Shown here one piece after another: positions 60,695 through 60,944 of a stretch of 60,944 nt of DNA (position 1 is the stretch's first letter; each line of letters starts with the position of its first letter). Both the position numbers and the translations under genes were made by a program. The notes beneath the pieces are model-generated. The model searched no databases. It was not told the origin of the DNA and was given only the letters and a program-made list of their open reading frames with translations. This stretch comes from Gemmatimonadales bacterium (GTDB lineage Bacteria > Gemmatimonadota > Gemmatimonadetes > Gemmatimonadales > GWC2-71-9): positions 1 to 60,944 of the forward strand of contig JBFJHJ010000018.1 of NCBI GenBank assembly GCA_041613315.1. Reading direction: 5' to 3'.

Positions 60695-60828
60695 GCCGCC
60701 CGCTCGGGTTCTGTCGACCGCCGTCCGTCTGAACCCGTGCTCCGTGGCCCATCGTCCGGTGCGTCTGCCGCCCCGAGCCGCCGCCTACGGCGCGTCGGAT
60801 CACGGAGAACGCACGACGGAGAGCAGCC

Positions 60829-60942
60829 TCAGTCTCTCGGGTCCGGTGCCGGCGTCAGTTCCCGCCCCTTCTTGAGCAAGTCGCCCAGCGGCGTCACCCG
60901 GAACCCCGGCGCGGCGTAGCCGGCCGGGAGATAGTCGTCCGG
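60829..60942 (-). CDS. C-terminal fragment of an unidentified protein (runs off window end)
   Basis: Open frame PDDYLPAGYAAPGFRVTPLGDLLKKGRELTPAPDPRD* with typical codon use. Confidence 0.5.
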   Translation of the reverse strand, partial: PDDYLPAGYAAPGFRVTPLGDLLKKGRELTPAPDPRD

Positions 60943-60944
60943 GA

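Overview
High-GC bacterial chromosomal segment. Gene content and style suggest Gemmatimonadota (inference). It holds about 50 CDSs, mostly housekeeping or metabolic: queG (partial), a PLP enzyme-LOG-deoxyhypusine synthase cluster, glpD, fadI/fadJ, proline dehydrogenase, rsgA, fused E1 alpha/beta, lon, a fused LeuD/LeuC-like aconitase, OmpA with TSP3 repeats, an MCP, pfkA, ispH and a Na/Pi symporter with PhoU. I saw no rRNA, tRNA, CRISPR array or transposase. Main points: (1) An imuA-less mutagenesis cassette (small Zn-ribbon ORF, radical SAM, imuB, detached ImuB-C-like ORF, dnaE2) has two near-identical promoters carrying GAAN-N7-GAAN direct-repeat boxes, a candidate LexA operator. (2) Palindromes built from octamer repeats lie in frame inside imuB and dnaE2. 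(3) An unannotated SelW/Rdx selenoprotein (CxxU, SECIS-like hairpin) sits directly before pfkA. (4) Two genes appear to start at CTG behind the same AAGGAG-N8 signal. (5) A gamma-class N6 methyltransferase and an SNF2 helicase form a pair with no recognisable nuclease. (6) Many genes have TANNTT-N7-10-ATG, suggesting leaderless starts. All family calls come from motif recognition by eye, with no database search.
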